Shown: positions 16,966-25,930 of the stretch, piece after piece
How the letters are laid out: the number at the start of each line of letters is the position of its first letter
How positions within the stretch are numbered: the first letter of the stretch is position 1
From: Flavobacteriaceae bacterium
GTDB taxonomy: Bacteria > Bacteroidota > Bacteroidia > Flavobacteriales > Flavobacteriaceae
Length of the DNA stretch: 40,433 nt
NCBI GenBank assembly: GCA_035303085.1
Contig: DATGSA010000020.1
Coordinates: forward strand, 1-40,433
Direction: 5' to 3'
Position numbers and translations under genes: made by a program
The notes under the pieces: generated by a model
The model's database searches: none
What the model saw: the letters and a program-made list of their open reading frames with translations, nothing else
What the model was told of the DNA's origin: nothing

Positions 16966-18639
16966 ATGAAAAATATCTTCAACCCTAAGTTTTTTACTAC
17001 TTTTCGAGACTATTCTTGGTCTAAATTTGTGCAAGATTCCATGGCCGGACTGATTGTCGGAGTGGTGGCACTTCCTTTAGCGATAGCCTTTGCGATTGCC
17101 AGTGGAGTCAGCCCTGAAAAAGGTTTGATTACAGCTATAATCGGTGGGTTTCTGGTCTCCGTTTTTGGTGGTAGTCGCGTTCAAATTGGGGGTCCTACAG
17201 GTGCTTTCATAATTATCGTTTATGGAGTAGTACAAAAATTTGGTGTAGAAGGACTGATTATCGCCACCTTTATGGCGGGAATAATATTGATACTGATGGG
17301 TTTGGCCCGTTTGGGTTCCGTTATAAAATTTATTCCCAATTCCTTAATCATAGGCTTTACCAGCGGAATTGCGGTAATTATTTTCTCGTCTCAAATCAAA
17401 GATTTTTTCGGTTTGGAAATGGGAGAAGTGCCGGCTGATTTTGTCGATAAATGGAAGATGTACTTCTCTTATTTGGGTACTATTAATGTCAATTCGGTGA
17501 TTATTGCACTGGCAACGATTGGGATTATTTTGGTTTTTCCAAAAGTTTCAAAAAAGATTCCCGGTTCCTTAGTGGCTATTGTTTTGACTACGTTGGCAGT
17601 CATGTTTTTTGATTTGCCTGTAGAAACTATCGGGAGTCGATTTGGAACAATTTCTTCGGCAATTCCTGCTCCCTCTTTACCAAAAGTGAGTTACGAAGTA
17701 ATCCGTGAAATGATTCAACCCGCAATTGCAATCGCGATGTTAGGGGCGATAGAATCTTTGCTTTCTGCCGTTGTAGCCGATGGAATGATCAGAGGAAACC
17801 ACCGCTCGAATACTGAATTAATCGGACAGGGAATTGCCAATGTAGGATCTTCTTTCTTTGGAGGTATCCCGGCTACAGGTGCTATTGCTCGTACGGCAAC
17901 CAATGTGAATAACGGTGGAAGAACCCCCGTGGCAGGAATAATTCACGCTATTGTGTTGTTAACTATTTTGGTGTTTTTAGGAAAGTGGGCTTCCTTGATT
18001 CCGCTTTCAGCATTGGCCGGAGTTTTAGTCATCATTGCTTTTAATATGAGCGAATACCGGAATTTTATAACAATCCTGAAAGGTCCCAAAGGAGATATCG
18101 CAGTGATGTTGGTTACTTTTTTATTGACCGTCTTAGTCGATTTGACTATCGCCATTCAAATTGGAATCATTTTAGCCGCTTTCTCGTTTATCAGAAAGAT
18201 GGTCAAAACAAGTGATGTTAAAATTTTTGGAGGGGAAGCTGAAGAAAAGGTAGTAAAAGATGAATTATTAGAAGAAAAATTTGTGCTTCCTAAAAATGTG
18301 AGTTTGTTTGAAATATCTGGTCCGATGTTTTTCGGAGCTTCATTTAGAATTCGTGAAGCTATTCGTTATATGGAAAAACCGAAGGTCTTGATTGTATTGA
18401 TGCGGAATGTTCCAATTATTGATGCATCGGGATTGAGTAGTTTTAAAGAACTGCTAAAAGACTTAGATCATGGTAATACCAAAGTTATAATTGCTGAACT
18501 TCAAAGTTATCAGGTTAAAAAAGAGTTGTTCAGGGCAGGTATATTTAAATCAATTGGAAGGGAAAATATCCAACCTACACTTGAAAAAGGAGTCGAGCGA
18601 GCAGAGGAAATTATAGCTGAGAAGAGGTTTCTGGAATAA
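16966..18639 (+). CDS. SulP-family anion transporter with C-terminal STAS domain
   Basis: About 11 hydrophobic segments, including 'GVVALPLAIAFAIASGVSPEKGL'. The C-terminal STAS-like region reads 'LFEISGPMFFGA...IIDASG'. Confidence 0.9.
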   Translation: MKNIFNPKFFTTFRDYSWSKFVQDSMAGLIVGVVALPLAIAFAIASGVSPEKGLITAIIGGFLVSVFGGSRVQIGGPTGAFIIIVYGVVQKFGVEGLIIATFMAGIILILMGLARLGSVIKFIPNSLIIGFTSGIAVIIFSSQIKDFFGLEMGEVPADFVDKWKMYFSYLGTINVNSVIIALATIGIILVFPKVSKKIPGSLVAIVLTTLAVMFFDLPVETIGSRFGTISSAIPAPSLPKVSYEVIREMIQPAIAIAMLGAIESLLSAVVADGMIRGNHRSNTELIGQGIANVGSSFFGGIPATGAIARTATNVNNGGRTPVAGIIHAIVLLTILVFLGKWASLIPLSALAGVLVIIAFNMSEYRNFITILKGPKGDIAVMLVTFLLTVLVDLTIAIQIGIILAAFSFIRKMVKTSDVKIFGGEAEEKVVKDELLEEKFVLPKNVSLFEISGPMFFGASFRIREAIRYMEKPKVLIVLMRNVPIIDASGLSSFKELLKDLDHGNTKVIIAELQSYQVKKELFRAGIFKSIGRENIQPTLEKGVERAEEIIAEKRFLE

Positions 18640-18665
18640 AATTAAAATATTCCTCCTCCAAGTTT

Positions 18666-19664
18666 TTACTTTTTTAAACAATGTAAATACTCTGTGGTTT
18701 GCGAAGCTTTATGATTTCTATTTTCAGTTTTATCTGCTTTAAATCGCTGATAGGTTTGAGTTTCTAAGTGATAATTACCATATTTTGCCATTATGGTTTT
18801 TATGGTCTCCGGAGGCATTAACCCTTCATTGTTATAGCTCAAGAAGATATAAGAGAAATTTGCGTTTTTAATCAGCTCTTCAAATTCTTCGCCTACGTGA
18901 TTTTTTCTGCAATAAAGCGATTTATAGTAATCCGGTAATCCTGTTTTTCCTCTTGGTTTGAATTCTTCATAAAGTGCAATAGTGTTTAGTAAATGATAGT
19001 TAGCGCCATATTGACGAGCATTATATGGGGGGTCCAAATAAAGAATATCACCTTCAATTTTTTTAATTAAACTATTGGCATCTTCTTGATAAACTTGATG
19101 CGGATTTTTTGTTTTTATAAATTTTGCAGGTTCGATTTGAATTTCTTTGGCTGCCGAAGCTTTTATCTTTTTTAAAAAAGCACCATAAACAGAAGCCGTG
19201 TTAGCAACTTTATCAGCACTTTCCAGCAAAGAAGTCAACAGGAAATAAAAAAGATTTTCATTGATTTCTCCCGAACTTCTCCAAATATCAATTTGTTGTC
19301 GAATCGCATCTATTTTTTGTGCATTGTGTTCAGAAAAAAATAACCGTTCTGATGCACCATTTTCTCCATATTCTTTGGCGATAAATCCATCGATTTTTGG
19401 AAGCGCGTTTAGCTTATTGATATAGGATTTTTTATCAGCAAGATCTTGATGATTACCGATGTAATTGCTTAATAAAACATAGCTGTAATACTCAACATCA
19501 TTGGCAATCACTTTTTTGACTTTCGATTTGAAATTTCTTCCTATAATCCCTGTTCCCGCAAATAAATCGCAAAAGATGAGGTCTTTCATCGGTTGGTCAA
19601 CCTCTGTTTTTATCACAGACTGAATCCAAGAAGAGAGTTTGTTTTTGGAACCTATATAATTCAA
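18666..19664 (-). CDS. Site-specific DNA N6-adenine methyltransferase (D12/alpha class)
   Basis: 'MNYIGSKNKL', SAM motif I 'FCDLFAGTGIIG', then 'LYLDPPYNARQY' (motif IV) about 170 aa later, followed by 'FLSYNNEG'. The motif order I-TRD-IV indicates the alpha class. Confidence 0.85.
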   Translation of the reverse strand: MNYIGSKNKLSSWIQSVIKTEVDQPMKDLIFCDLFAGTGIIGRNFKSKVKKVIANDVEYYSYVLLSNYIGNHQDLADKKSYINKLNALPKIDGFIAKEYGENGASERLFFSEHNAQKIDAIRQQIDIWRSSGEINENLFYFLLTSLLESADKVANTASVYGAFLKKIKASAAKEIQIEPAKFIKTKNPHQVYQEDANSLIKKIEGDILYLDPPYNARQYGANYHLLNTIALYEEFKPRGKTGLPDYYKSLYCRKNHVGEEFEELIKNANFSYIFLSYNNEGLMPPETIKTIMAKYGNYHLETQTYQRFKADKTENRNHKASQTTEYLHCLKK

Positions 19665-19688
19665 ATTTATAAATTTTGTTAAGTGATT

Positions 19689-20330
19689 TTATTTTAAAGC
19701 CCAAATTATATCGGCTAAACTAAGCTTTCCTTCTTCAAACTCAAAACGCTCCAAATTGTCTGGATTGAAATACCGAACATAATCTTGGATTAAGTATTGA
19801 AGTTTGAATAGTCGAGCTTTCATTTTCCAATGTTCTCCTTGGTCATCATAAACAATAATGAATAAGCGATTTTTGAGATGCTTTCTTTTTTGTTGACTTT
19901 GATTTTTATAAAGCCATGCAATTAATTCTCGTTTGTGATTTTGTGCATAGGCTAAGGTTTGTTTGTAGGACTTTGGGAAAACCGAGGTTTTATGGTCAAA
20001 GTCAATTCCGAAAATAGAAAAATCTACCAACCGATTTCTGCGATTGATAGCGGGGATAACTCCGTCAATATCAGTAAATATCTGTTCGACAGCCATTGCG
20101 CTCCAGAAATTATACCAGCGGTTGGCAGCAAATTGAAAAAGTTTGTTTTTATCTAAGTCGTGAACTTCTGCGGTGAGCTTCATCAGTTTTGTTACTTCTT
20201 CCCAATCCGGAGTTTTATAGATAAAATTGGTATAATTGTCCCAAAGATCGTTTTGTTTTTGTCCCCAACGATAAGGAAATTGCCAGCGTTTTTGCAGTTG
20301 ATTTTCTATATAATTCAAATCTAATTCCAT
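19689..20330 (-). CDS. Uncharacterised protein with a PD-(D/E)xK-like motif; candidate restriction endonuclease partner of the methyltransferase
   Basis: It ends 24 bp upstream of the MTase start on the same strand. 'AVEQIF...RLVDFSIFGIDFDHKTS' fits E...D-x9-D-x-K. I cannot assign it to a named family. The start is either ATG 20330 (213 aa) or ATG 20357 (222 aa). Confidence 0.45.
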   Translation of the reverse strand: MELDLNYIENQLQKRWQFPYRWGQKQNDLWDNYTNFIYKTPDWEEVTKLMKLTAEVHDLDKNKLFQFAANRWYNFWSAMAVEQIFTDIDGVIPAINRRNRLVDFSIFGIDFDHKTSVFPKSYKQTLAYAQNHKRELIAWLYKNQSQQKRKHLKNRLFIIVYDDQGEHWKMKARLFKLQYLIQDYVRYFNPDNLERFEFEEGKLSLADIIWALK

Positions 20331-21271
20331 ATCGATAAAATTGCAAAAGAGAAACAAACAATACTCAAAGTTAATAATAAAATTTCTATTATTTTCGATG
20401 ATTTTCTTTGTGGTATTTCAAAATATCTTCCGCCAATCAAAGCACAAGTGATATAAGGAAACAGTAAGGCAGCGCCGTTATGTGTTGTGTAAGCTCCGGA
20501 AAATGTGATCGCTGCCAAAGAGACGAAAAACGAAATTATCAAAAGAAAATCTGCTTTTTTTTGAACCTGATTTACTTTTATTTTTGCGGTAAGTATGTTG
20601 ATTGAAGCCCATAGAGTGAATAATAAAATAAGTAAAACCGGAACAAGAAACTGATAATTTAAAAACTCTTCATAATTGATCTGTTGAAAGGTGAATAAGT
20701 CAAACGGATTAAAAAAATTATCTTCTAAATATAAATCTATTGCCGTTTTTAAAATGAATACACTTAGCATAGCCGGGAAAGGAATCAACCAATTTTTATA
20801 ATTCTCTGGAGCGAAATACAGAACCCCCCAAAATGGGATAATGATAAAGAACAAAGCAGGAGGGAAAATTAAACCTGCTAAACCAATAAAAAAACAGGAA
20901 TCAAATATTTTTTTTGTCATTAATTGACCGGTTTTCATGCCAATGATTCGATGAAGTGCCAGAACGATAAAAAACCCGGCGAAAATCACCGTACTATTTA
21001 TGGTAATAACCCAGTGGGATATAATAAAAAAACTGAATAAAAATAGAGGATATGTATTTCTTCCTTTCGATTTATCTTTTATCAGAATAAAGTTTAAAAT
21101 AAAAGCGGAAGTTAATAAAACAGCCAAAGCGGCTATTTTTTTTATTAAAAAGCTCCAAGTAAAAGTTTCAAAAGCGCTGGAGAAATTATAAACTATAAAA
21201 AATAAACTGATGACAAGTAGAGGCACCAAGTAATTTATAGGATTTGATTTTTTAAAAAAACTTGTCAGCAT
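20321..21271 (-). CDS. Polytopic membrane protein of unknown function (conserved Flavobacteriia type, DUF6427-like)
   Basis: 316 aa with roughly 9-10 hydrophobic helices and no catalytic motif I recognise. Confidence 0.6.
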   Translation of the reverse strand: MLTSFFKKSNPINYLVPLLVISLFFIVYNFSSAFETFTWSFLIKKIAALAVLLTSAFILNFILIKDKSKGRNTYPLFLFSFFIISHWVITINSTVIFAGFFIVLALHRIIGMKTGQLMTKKIFDSCFFIGLAGLIFPPALFFIIIPFWGVLYFAPENYKNWLIPFPAMLSVFILKTAIDLYLEDNFFNPFDLFTFQQINYEEFLNYQFLVPVLLILLFTLWASINILTAKIKVNQVQKKADFLLIISFFVSLAAITFSGAYTTHNGAALLFPYITCALIGGRYFEIPQRKSSKIIEILLLTLSIVCFSFAILSIWN

Positions 21272-21315
21272 TGATAATAATTAGTATTTTCGCAGTGTAC
21301 AAAACTTATTTAAAA

Positions 21316-21552
21316 ATGATTGCGAGCCGTCCTTTATATGATTTTTTCCAATGGATTGAACACATCTTTACCGATTTCTTGTTTATACCCTTTGAGTATT
21401 TACGGGCTTTGGAAGATGAAACTTGGTGGGGATCTAATTTTATAAACTTAGGTTTTTTGCTGATTTTTCTCATACTTTTCGGATACTGGTTGTACAAACT
21501 AAAGGTTTTTCACGACTACGATAGTGAGCATGTAAAGGAAACACACCGTTAG
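21316..21552 (+). CDS. Small membrane protein (DUF6341-like)
   Basis: Starts MIASRPLYDFFQWIEHIFTDFLFIPFEYLRALEDETWWGSNFINLGF..., with one C-terminal TM helix. I prefer the internal ATG 21316 to the track start at 21262. Confidence 0.5.
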   Translation: MIASRPLYDFFQWIEHIFTDFLFIPFEYLRALEDETWWGSNFINLGFLLIFLILFGYWLYKLKVFHDYDSEHVKETHR

Positions 21553-22832
21553 TCGATGTGTTCCAAATCATTACCTAAGTCTTTTCGATAATACTTCTTG
21601 TCGAAATGAATCTTATCGGCCTGTCTGTAAGCTACAGATAAGGCCTTTTTTATGGTATCGCCAAAAGCAGTGATAGCCAACACTCTTCCGCCATTGGTTT
21701 TTATTTTCTGATCTTCTGTTTTTGTTCCACCATGAAAAATAATGGCTTCAGTGACTTGATCTAAACCGGTGATTTCTTTGCCTTTCTCATAATGTTCCGG
21801 ATAGCCTCCGGAGACTAACATGACCGTTGCTGCTGCTCGTGAATCAGTTTTAAGATCGATTTCATCTAACTTTTGAGCAGCGGTTTTTTGAAAAACCTCA
21901 AGCAAATCCGATTTAATTCTCGGTAAAACAACTTCTGCTTCCGGATCCCCCATTCTGACATTGTATTCTATCACATAAGGATCTTCATCAACGTTGATTA
22001 AACCGAAAAACACAAACCCTTTATAATCAATTTTTTCTTCTTGTAAACCTTTAATAGTTGGTTTGACGACCCGTTCTTCAATTTTCTGCATAAACGCTTG
22101 ATCTGCAAAAGGTACAGGAGAAACGGCGCCCATTCCACCGGTATTTAATCCTGTATCACCTTCGCCAATGCGTTTATAATCCTTTGCTGTAGGTAGGATT
22201 TTATAATTCTGTCCATCGGTAATGGCGAAAACACTGAGTTCGATCCCGTCTAGAAACTCTTCAATTATGACCGTTTCACTTGCTTTGCCAAACTTTTGAT
22301 CGGTCAACATGTTCTCCAATTCAGCCTTAGCATCACTTAAGTTTTCCAAGATTAACACGCCTTTACCACCGGCTAATCCATCGGCCTTTAAAACATAAGG
22401 CGGATTTAATTCTTCTAAGAATTTCTTTCCGGCTTCCAAACTTTCTCTCGTAAACGCTTCATAGGCAGCAGTGGGAATATCATAAGAGGCCATAAATTCT
22501 TTTGCGCGCTGTTTACTGCCTTCCAAGGTTGCACCACTCTTAGATGGACCAATCACTTGAATATTCTTTAAATCTTTGTCATTTTTAAAAAAATCAACCA
22601 ATCCGTTTACCAAAGGTTTTTCCGGACCGATGACCAACATTTGTATATTGTTTTTTAAAACAGTAGATTTTAACGCTTCAAAATCATCTGTATCAAGAGC
22701 AATATTTTCAGCGATTTGTGCAGTTCCTGCATTCCCGGGAGAAACAAAAATCTTATCACACAAAGGGCTTTTTCCGATTTGACGAGCCAATGCATGTTCA
22801 CGACCGCCACTACCAATAATTAGAATATTCAC
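21549..22832 (-). CDS. purD: Phosphoribosylamine-glycine ligase
   Basis: 'MNILIIGSGGREHAL...' (GTG start), ATP-grasp 'VLKADGLAGGKGV' and 'GPEKPLV...'. Confidence 0.95.
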   Translation of the reverse strand: MNILIIGSGGREHALARQIGKSPLCDKIFVSPGNAGTAQIAENIALDTDDFEALKSTVLKNNIQMLVIGPEKPLVNGLVDFFKNDKDLKNIQVIGPSKSGATLEGSKQRAKEFMASYDIPTAAYEAFTRESLEAGKKFLEELNPPYVLKADGLAGGKGVLILENLSDAKAELENMLTDQKFGKASETVIIEEFLDGIELSVFAITDGQNYKILPTAKDYKRIGEGDTGLNTGGMGAVSPVPFADQAFMQKIEERVVKPTIKGLQEEKIDYKGFVFFGLINVDEDPYVIEYNVRMGDPEAEVVLPRIKSDLLEVFQKTAAQKLDEIDLKTDSRAAATVMLVSGGYPEHYEKGKEITGLDQVTEAIIFHGGTKTEDQKIKTNGGRVLAITAFGDTIKKALSVAYRQADKIHFDKKYYRKDLGNDLEHID

Positions 22833-22859
22833 GAATAGTTGTATTTAAATGATTTGCTC

Positions 22860-22867
22860 CAAAAATA
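22860..22867 (-). promoter_or_regulatory. -7 box TATTTTTG upstream of purD
   Basis: Minus-strand TAnnTTTG match, 28 nt upstream of the GTG start. Confidence 0.35.
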
Positions 22868-23018
22868 ATGGTTTGGAAACTGTCCTCCCATTTTTTTGGA
22901 TGAAATAATTGATAAAACTTGTCAGAGAAGAAATATTACGAAACAAACCAAGGATTAGAATAAGCTTAAAAAGTTGAGTTGATTACACGTAATGGGTTTT
23001 ATCCTATTTGAAATTAGA

Positions 23019-24389
23019 TCAATATGCTTTTTTATCCCCTTTAATCGCTCTGATAATTGTTTGTAAAATAATTTTTATATCAAGAAACAGCGACCAATTT
23101 TCTATATAAAAAATGTCATATTTAACACGATTGATAATATCGGTTTCTGTTTCTACTTCTCCTCTGTATCCGCTCACTTGTGCTAAACCAGTTATACCGG
23201 GTTTTACAAAATGCCTTACCATAAATTTATCTACTCTATCCGCATACATATGCGTATGACTCACCATATGTGGTCGTGGACCAACCGTTGACATATTACC
23301 CATTAAAACGTTAAAAAATTGTGGCAATTCGTCTATACTGGTTTTTCGCAAAAAACGTCCGATTCCGGTAACACGAACATCATTTTTACTGACTTGGTGA
23401 ATGTCTGCTTCCGGATTCAGTTTCATCGATCTGAATTTATAACAGTAGAATTCTTCATAGTCCAAACCGTTTCTTAGCTGTCTGAAAAAAACAGGTCCGG
23501 GGGAACTGAGTTTTATGATAACTGCTAAGATAGGAGTAAGCCAAGAAAGAACAAATACGATGATAAAAATCGATAAAAGAATATCAAAAAACCGTTTGGT
23601 AAATTTATTTATCGGTTCGTCAATAGGAATACTTCGGAAAGAAAGCACCGGAAGATATCCATAATAATCCAATTTCAGATGCTTGGTATACAATTCATTA
23701 TTATCCGGAATAAATTTTAATACTTTTAAATTGTTGTCGGCAAAATCTACCAAAGCTTTTATTTGTTCGGGATTTAATTCGGCTAAGGAGCAATAAATTT
23801 CATCGATTTCTTCTTCGATAATGTAATCAAAACACCTTTCTAAAATTGCTGCTTGTTCTTGTTCAGAATCAGCTGATTTAAAATCAAATGATTTTTTATA
23901 CTGATATCCATATATTGGATTTTTGGTAAAAAACCCATGTAGTTGTCTGGTTTTATTATTATTCCCGATGATGATGGTCGTTCGATAGTTTCCCCCGAGG
24001 TACTTTCTATAATGACGCAGGAGAAAATGCATGGCAAGTTTAGCCAATAAAATAGCTAAAAAAACCTTTCCAATATAACCCAATATCGATTGGAACGTAT
24101 AAGAATCAGTTTGAAATATCCCAAAAAATGAAAAGACCAGCAGCGCAAAAAGCAAGACTTGTATAAAACTAAGCGATACAATGCGTGTCATTTTTGTAAA
24201 TCGATAAATTTCGTAAAATTCGGATAACAAAGACAGAAATAGCCATCCCAGCGCCACAAACCCGATATAATAAATAAAGGTTTTGGTATCAAAGTTAAAT
24301 TGAAGCGCAAAAACACCGATGATAACAAGATCCAAAAAATATGATATGGGTCTGATAAAAATCGAATATCTGTTTTTCCTGTACGTCAT
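23019..24389 (-). CDS. Polyprenyl-phosphate glycosylphosphotransferase (WbaP/WcaJ-like initiating sugar transferase)
   Basis: N-terminal TM bundle plus the C-terminal 'bacterial sugar transferase' domain: 'GPVFFRQLRNGLDYEEFYCYKFRSM...DELPQFFNVLMGNMSTVGPRPH'. The gene ends with a TGA stop. Confidence 0.85.
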   Translation of the reverse strand: MTYRKNRYSIFIRPISYFLDLVIIGVFALQFNFDTKTFIYYIGFVALGWLFLSLLSEFYEIYRFTKMTRIVSLSFIQVLLFALLVFSFFGIFQTDSYTFQSILGYIGKVFLAILLAKLAMHFLLRHYRKYLGGNYRTTIIIGNNNKTRQLHGFFTKNPIYGYQYKKSFDFKSADSEQEQAAILERCFDYIIEEEIDEIYCSLAELNPEQIKALVDFADNNLKVLKFIPDNNELYTKHLKLDYYGYLPVLSFRSIPIDEPINKFTKRFFDILLSIFIIVFVLSWLTPILAVIIKLSSPGPVFFRQLRNGLDYEEFYCYKFRSMKLNPEADIHQVSKNDVRVTGIGRFLRKTSIDELPQFFNVLMGNMSTVGPRPHMVSHTHMYADRVDKFMVRHFVKPGITGLAQVSGYRGEVETETDIINRVKYDIFYIENWSLFLDIKIILQTIIRAIKGDKKAY

Positions 24390-24505
24390 TTTATAAATTA
24401 TGAGGGCTCAAATTTTGGAATTGGTTTTCGGCTATTTAATCAGATGGCCGGACTTTAAATACTCAGAATTTTATCAAGCTTTTATCGCACGATATTTTCA
24501 GATTG

Positions 24506-24607
24506 CAAATTTACTATATTTTTGTCTCTTGTGAGACTTCTTTCATTTTTCATTTTCCATTATGGAAGATTATCAATGAATCAATTGTACACATTATTGT
24601 ATATTTG
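24506..24607. promoter_or_regulatory. Divergent promoter region of the glycan locus
   Basis: -7 boxes are TAAATTTG on the minus strand (24513..24506), and TATTTTTG (24517-24524) and TATATTTG (24600-24607) on the plus strand. A GTCTC-N4-GAGAC palindrome lies at 24524-24537. Confidence 0.3.
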
Positions 24608-24731
24608 ACAATTATCTAAATATATGAATTTTCTTTTCATAATTGGAGAAGTATAACTTATTGATGATCCCTTTTAAAATATCCTCAAAGACTCAACTTA
24701 TCTTTTAAATAGTAGAGGTAGCTTTTTAACA

Positions 24732-25889
24732 ATGAAAATAATTTCTAAAAAACAATTTAAAAATATAAGTATAGAGCATTTATTGATTCTGGTTTTACTG
24801 TTGTTTTTTGGAACCGAAGCTTATAATAAATTATCTTGGTTTAGCAGTTGGGAAAAGAATGATTTGCAGAAAATATTAAAAGCTGTAGTTTTCATCAGCT
24901 TAGGCGTGGGGCTGCTTTTTAGAAATTATAAAGTCTTGCTATCTCTCCTTGCTTTGTGTTTGATTTTCATCATAGGACAATGGCAGTTAGCGGAAGGATT
25001 GAGCGAAGAAAATCTTATTTACCTATCAAAATTTTTATTTCCTATTCTCTTATTCTCTTTCTTCAACGAAGTGAGATTAAGGTCGAGTAAAAGTTTATTT
25101 AATGTTTATGAATTTCTTGTACTGTTCAACAGTCTCCTTATTATTCTGGGATTTATTTTTGATATAATTTATTTTAAAACCTATTCCGGGAAACGATTTG
25201 GATACAGTGGATTGATGATAACTTCGGCCACAGCTACCTATTTTTATTGTATAGCTATCTTCTACTTCTTTATTCGATATAAAACAATCCAAAACTGGAA
25301 ATTTTTAGGTTGTGTTTTAGCTGCAATTTTGGTGGGAACTAAATCTATTTACTTGTTTTTGGCGCTTTTTGGTGCGTTTTATATTATCAGATATGTACGT
25401 TCCAAAAAACTAAAATTTATATTTTTATTTTTAGTTTCTGTTTTAGCCGTTTTGTTGGGAATTTATCTTTTATATTATAATCCGGTTTTTTCAGAAATAC
25501 GAAGTTCCCAAGGTATAATCTCCGCAATTTTATCGTATAGAGATCAATTATTCATCGAAAGAACTTTGCCGTTTATTGAACAAAACTGGTCTTTTACGAA
25601 TTATTTATTTGGTGGAGCTTCCGATTTTGAAACTCGACCGCAATTGGAGTTTTTTGATTTATTCTATTTCTGGGGAATCATTGGTTCAGTCATTTATCTT
25701 CTTTTGTACTATCACAGTTTTAAACCATTAAAATTACCAAAGCAAGAAGAATGGTTTTTCTTTATCTCGCTCATAATTATTATGTTTTTGGCCGGAAATT
25801 TCTTTTATAATGCGTCGATTCCTATCTATCTATTAATTTTCAAACAATACCCATCTTACCCAAATGAAGATCGATATGAAGATTTTTAA
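24732..25889 (+). CDS. Wzy/O-antigen-polymerase-like polytopic membrane protein (copy 1, opposite strand to the rest of the locus)
   Basis: About 10 TM helices. 'RFGYSGLMITSATATYFY', 'VGTKSIYLF' and 'QLEFFDLFYFWGIIGSVIY' parallel motifs in the 28315..29574 product. Confidence 0.6.
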   Translation: MKIISKKQFKNISIEHLLILVLLLFFGTEAYNKLSWFSSWEKNDLQKILKAVVFISLGVGLLFRNYKVLLSLLALCLIFIIGQWQLAEGLSEENLIYLSKFLFPILLFSFFNEVRLRSSKSLFNVYEFLVLFNSLLIILGFIFDIIYFKTYSGKRFGYSGLMITSATATYFYCIAIFYFFIRYKTIQNWKFLGCVLAAILVGTKSIYLFLALFGAFYIIRYVRSKKLKFIFLFLVSVLAVLLGIYLLYYNPVFSEIRSSQGIISAILSYRDQLFIERTLPFIEQNWSFTNYLFGGASDFETRPQLEFFDLFYFWGIIGSVIYLLLYYHSFKPLKLPKQEEWFFFISLIIIMFLAGNFFYNASIPIYLLIFKQYPSYPNEDRYEDF

Positions 25890-25930
25890 CGTGCTACAAA
25901 AAACATTCAGTTTAAATTAGCGATTTGAAA

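Noticed and set aside
18666-20357. Assigning a specific recognition site (for example a CATG/NlaIII-HpyI-like system) from the gene sizes and the R-then-M gene order.
   Set aside because: - I cannot verify sequence similarity without a search.
- The small protein lacks the Cys/His pattern expected of an HNH-type enzyme.
- CATG occurs frequently in the window (for example at 503, 2036, 7636, 8105 and 8168), so there is no avoidance signal to lean on.
21549-21552. 4-nt convergent stop overlap (TTAG) between purD and the small membrane-protein gene.
   Set aside because: This is a real feature of compact gene packing, but I see no functional implication.
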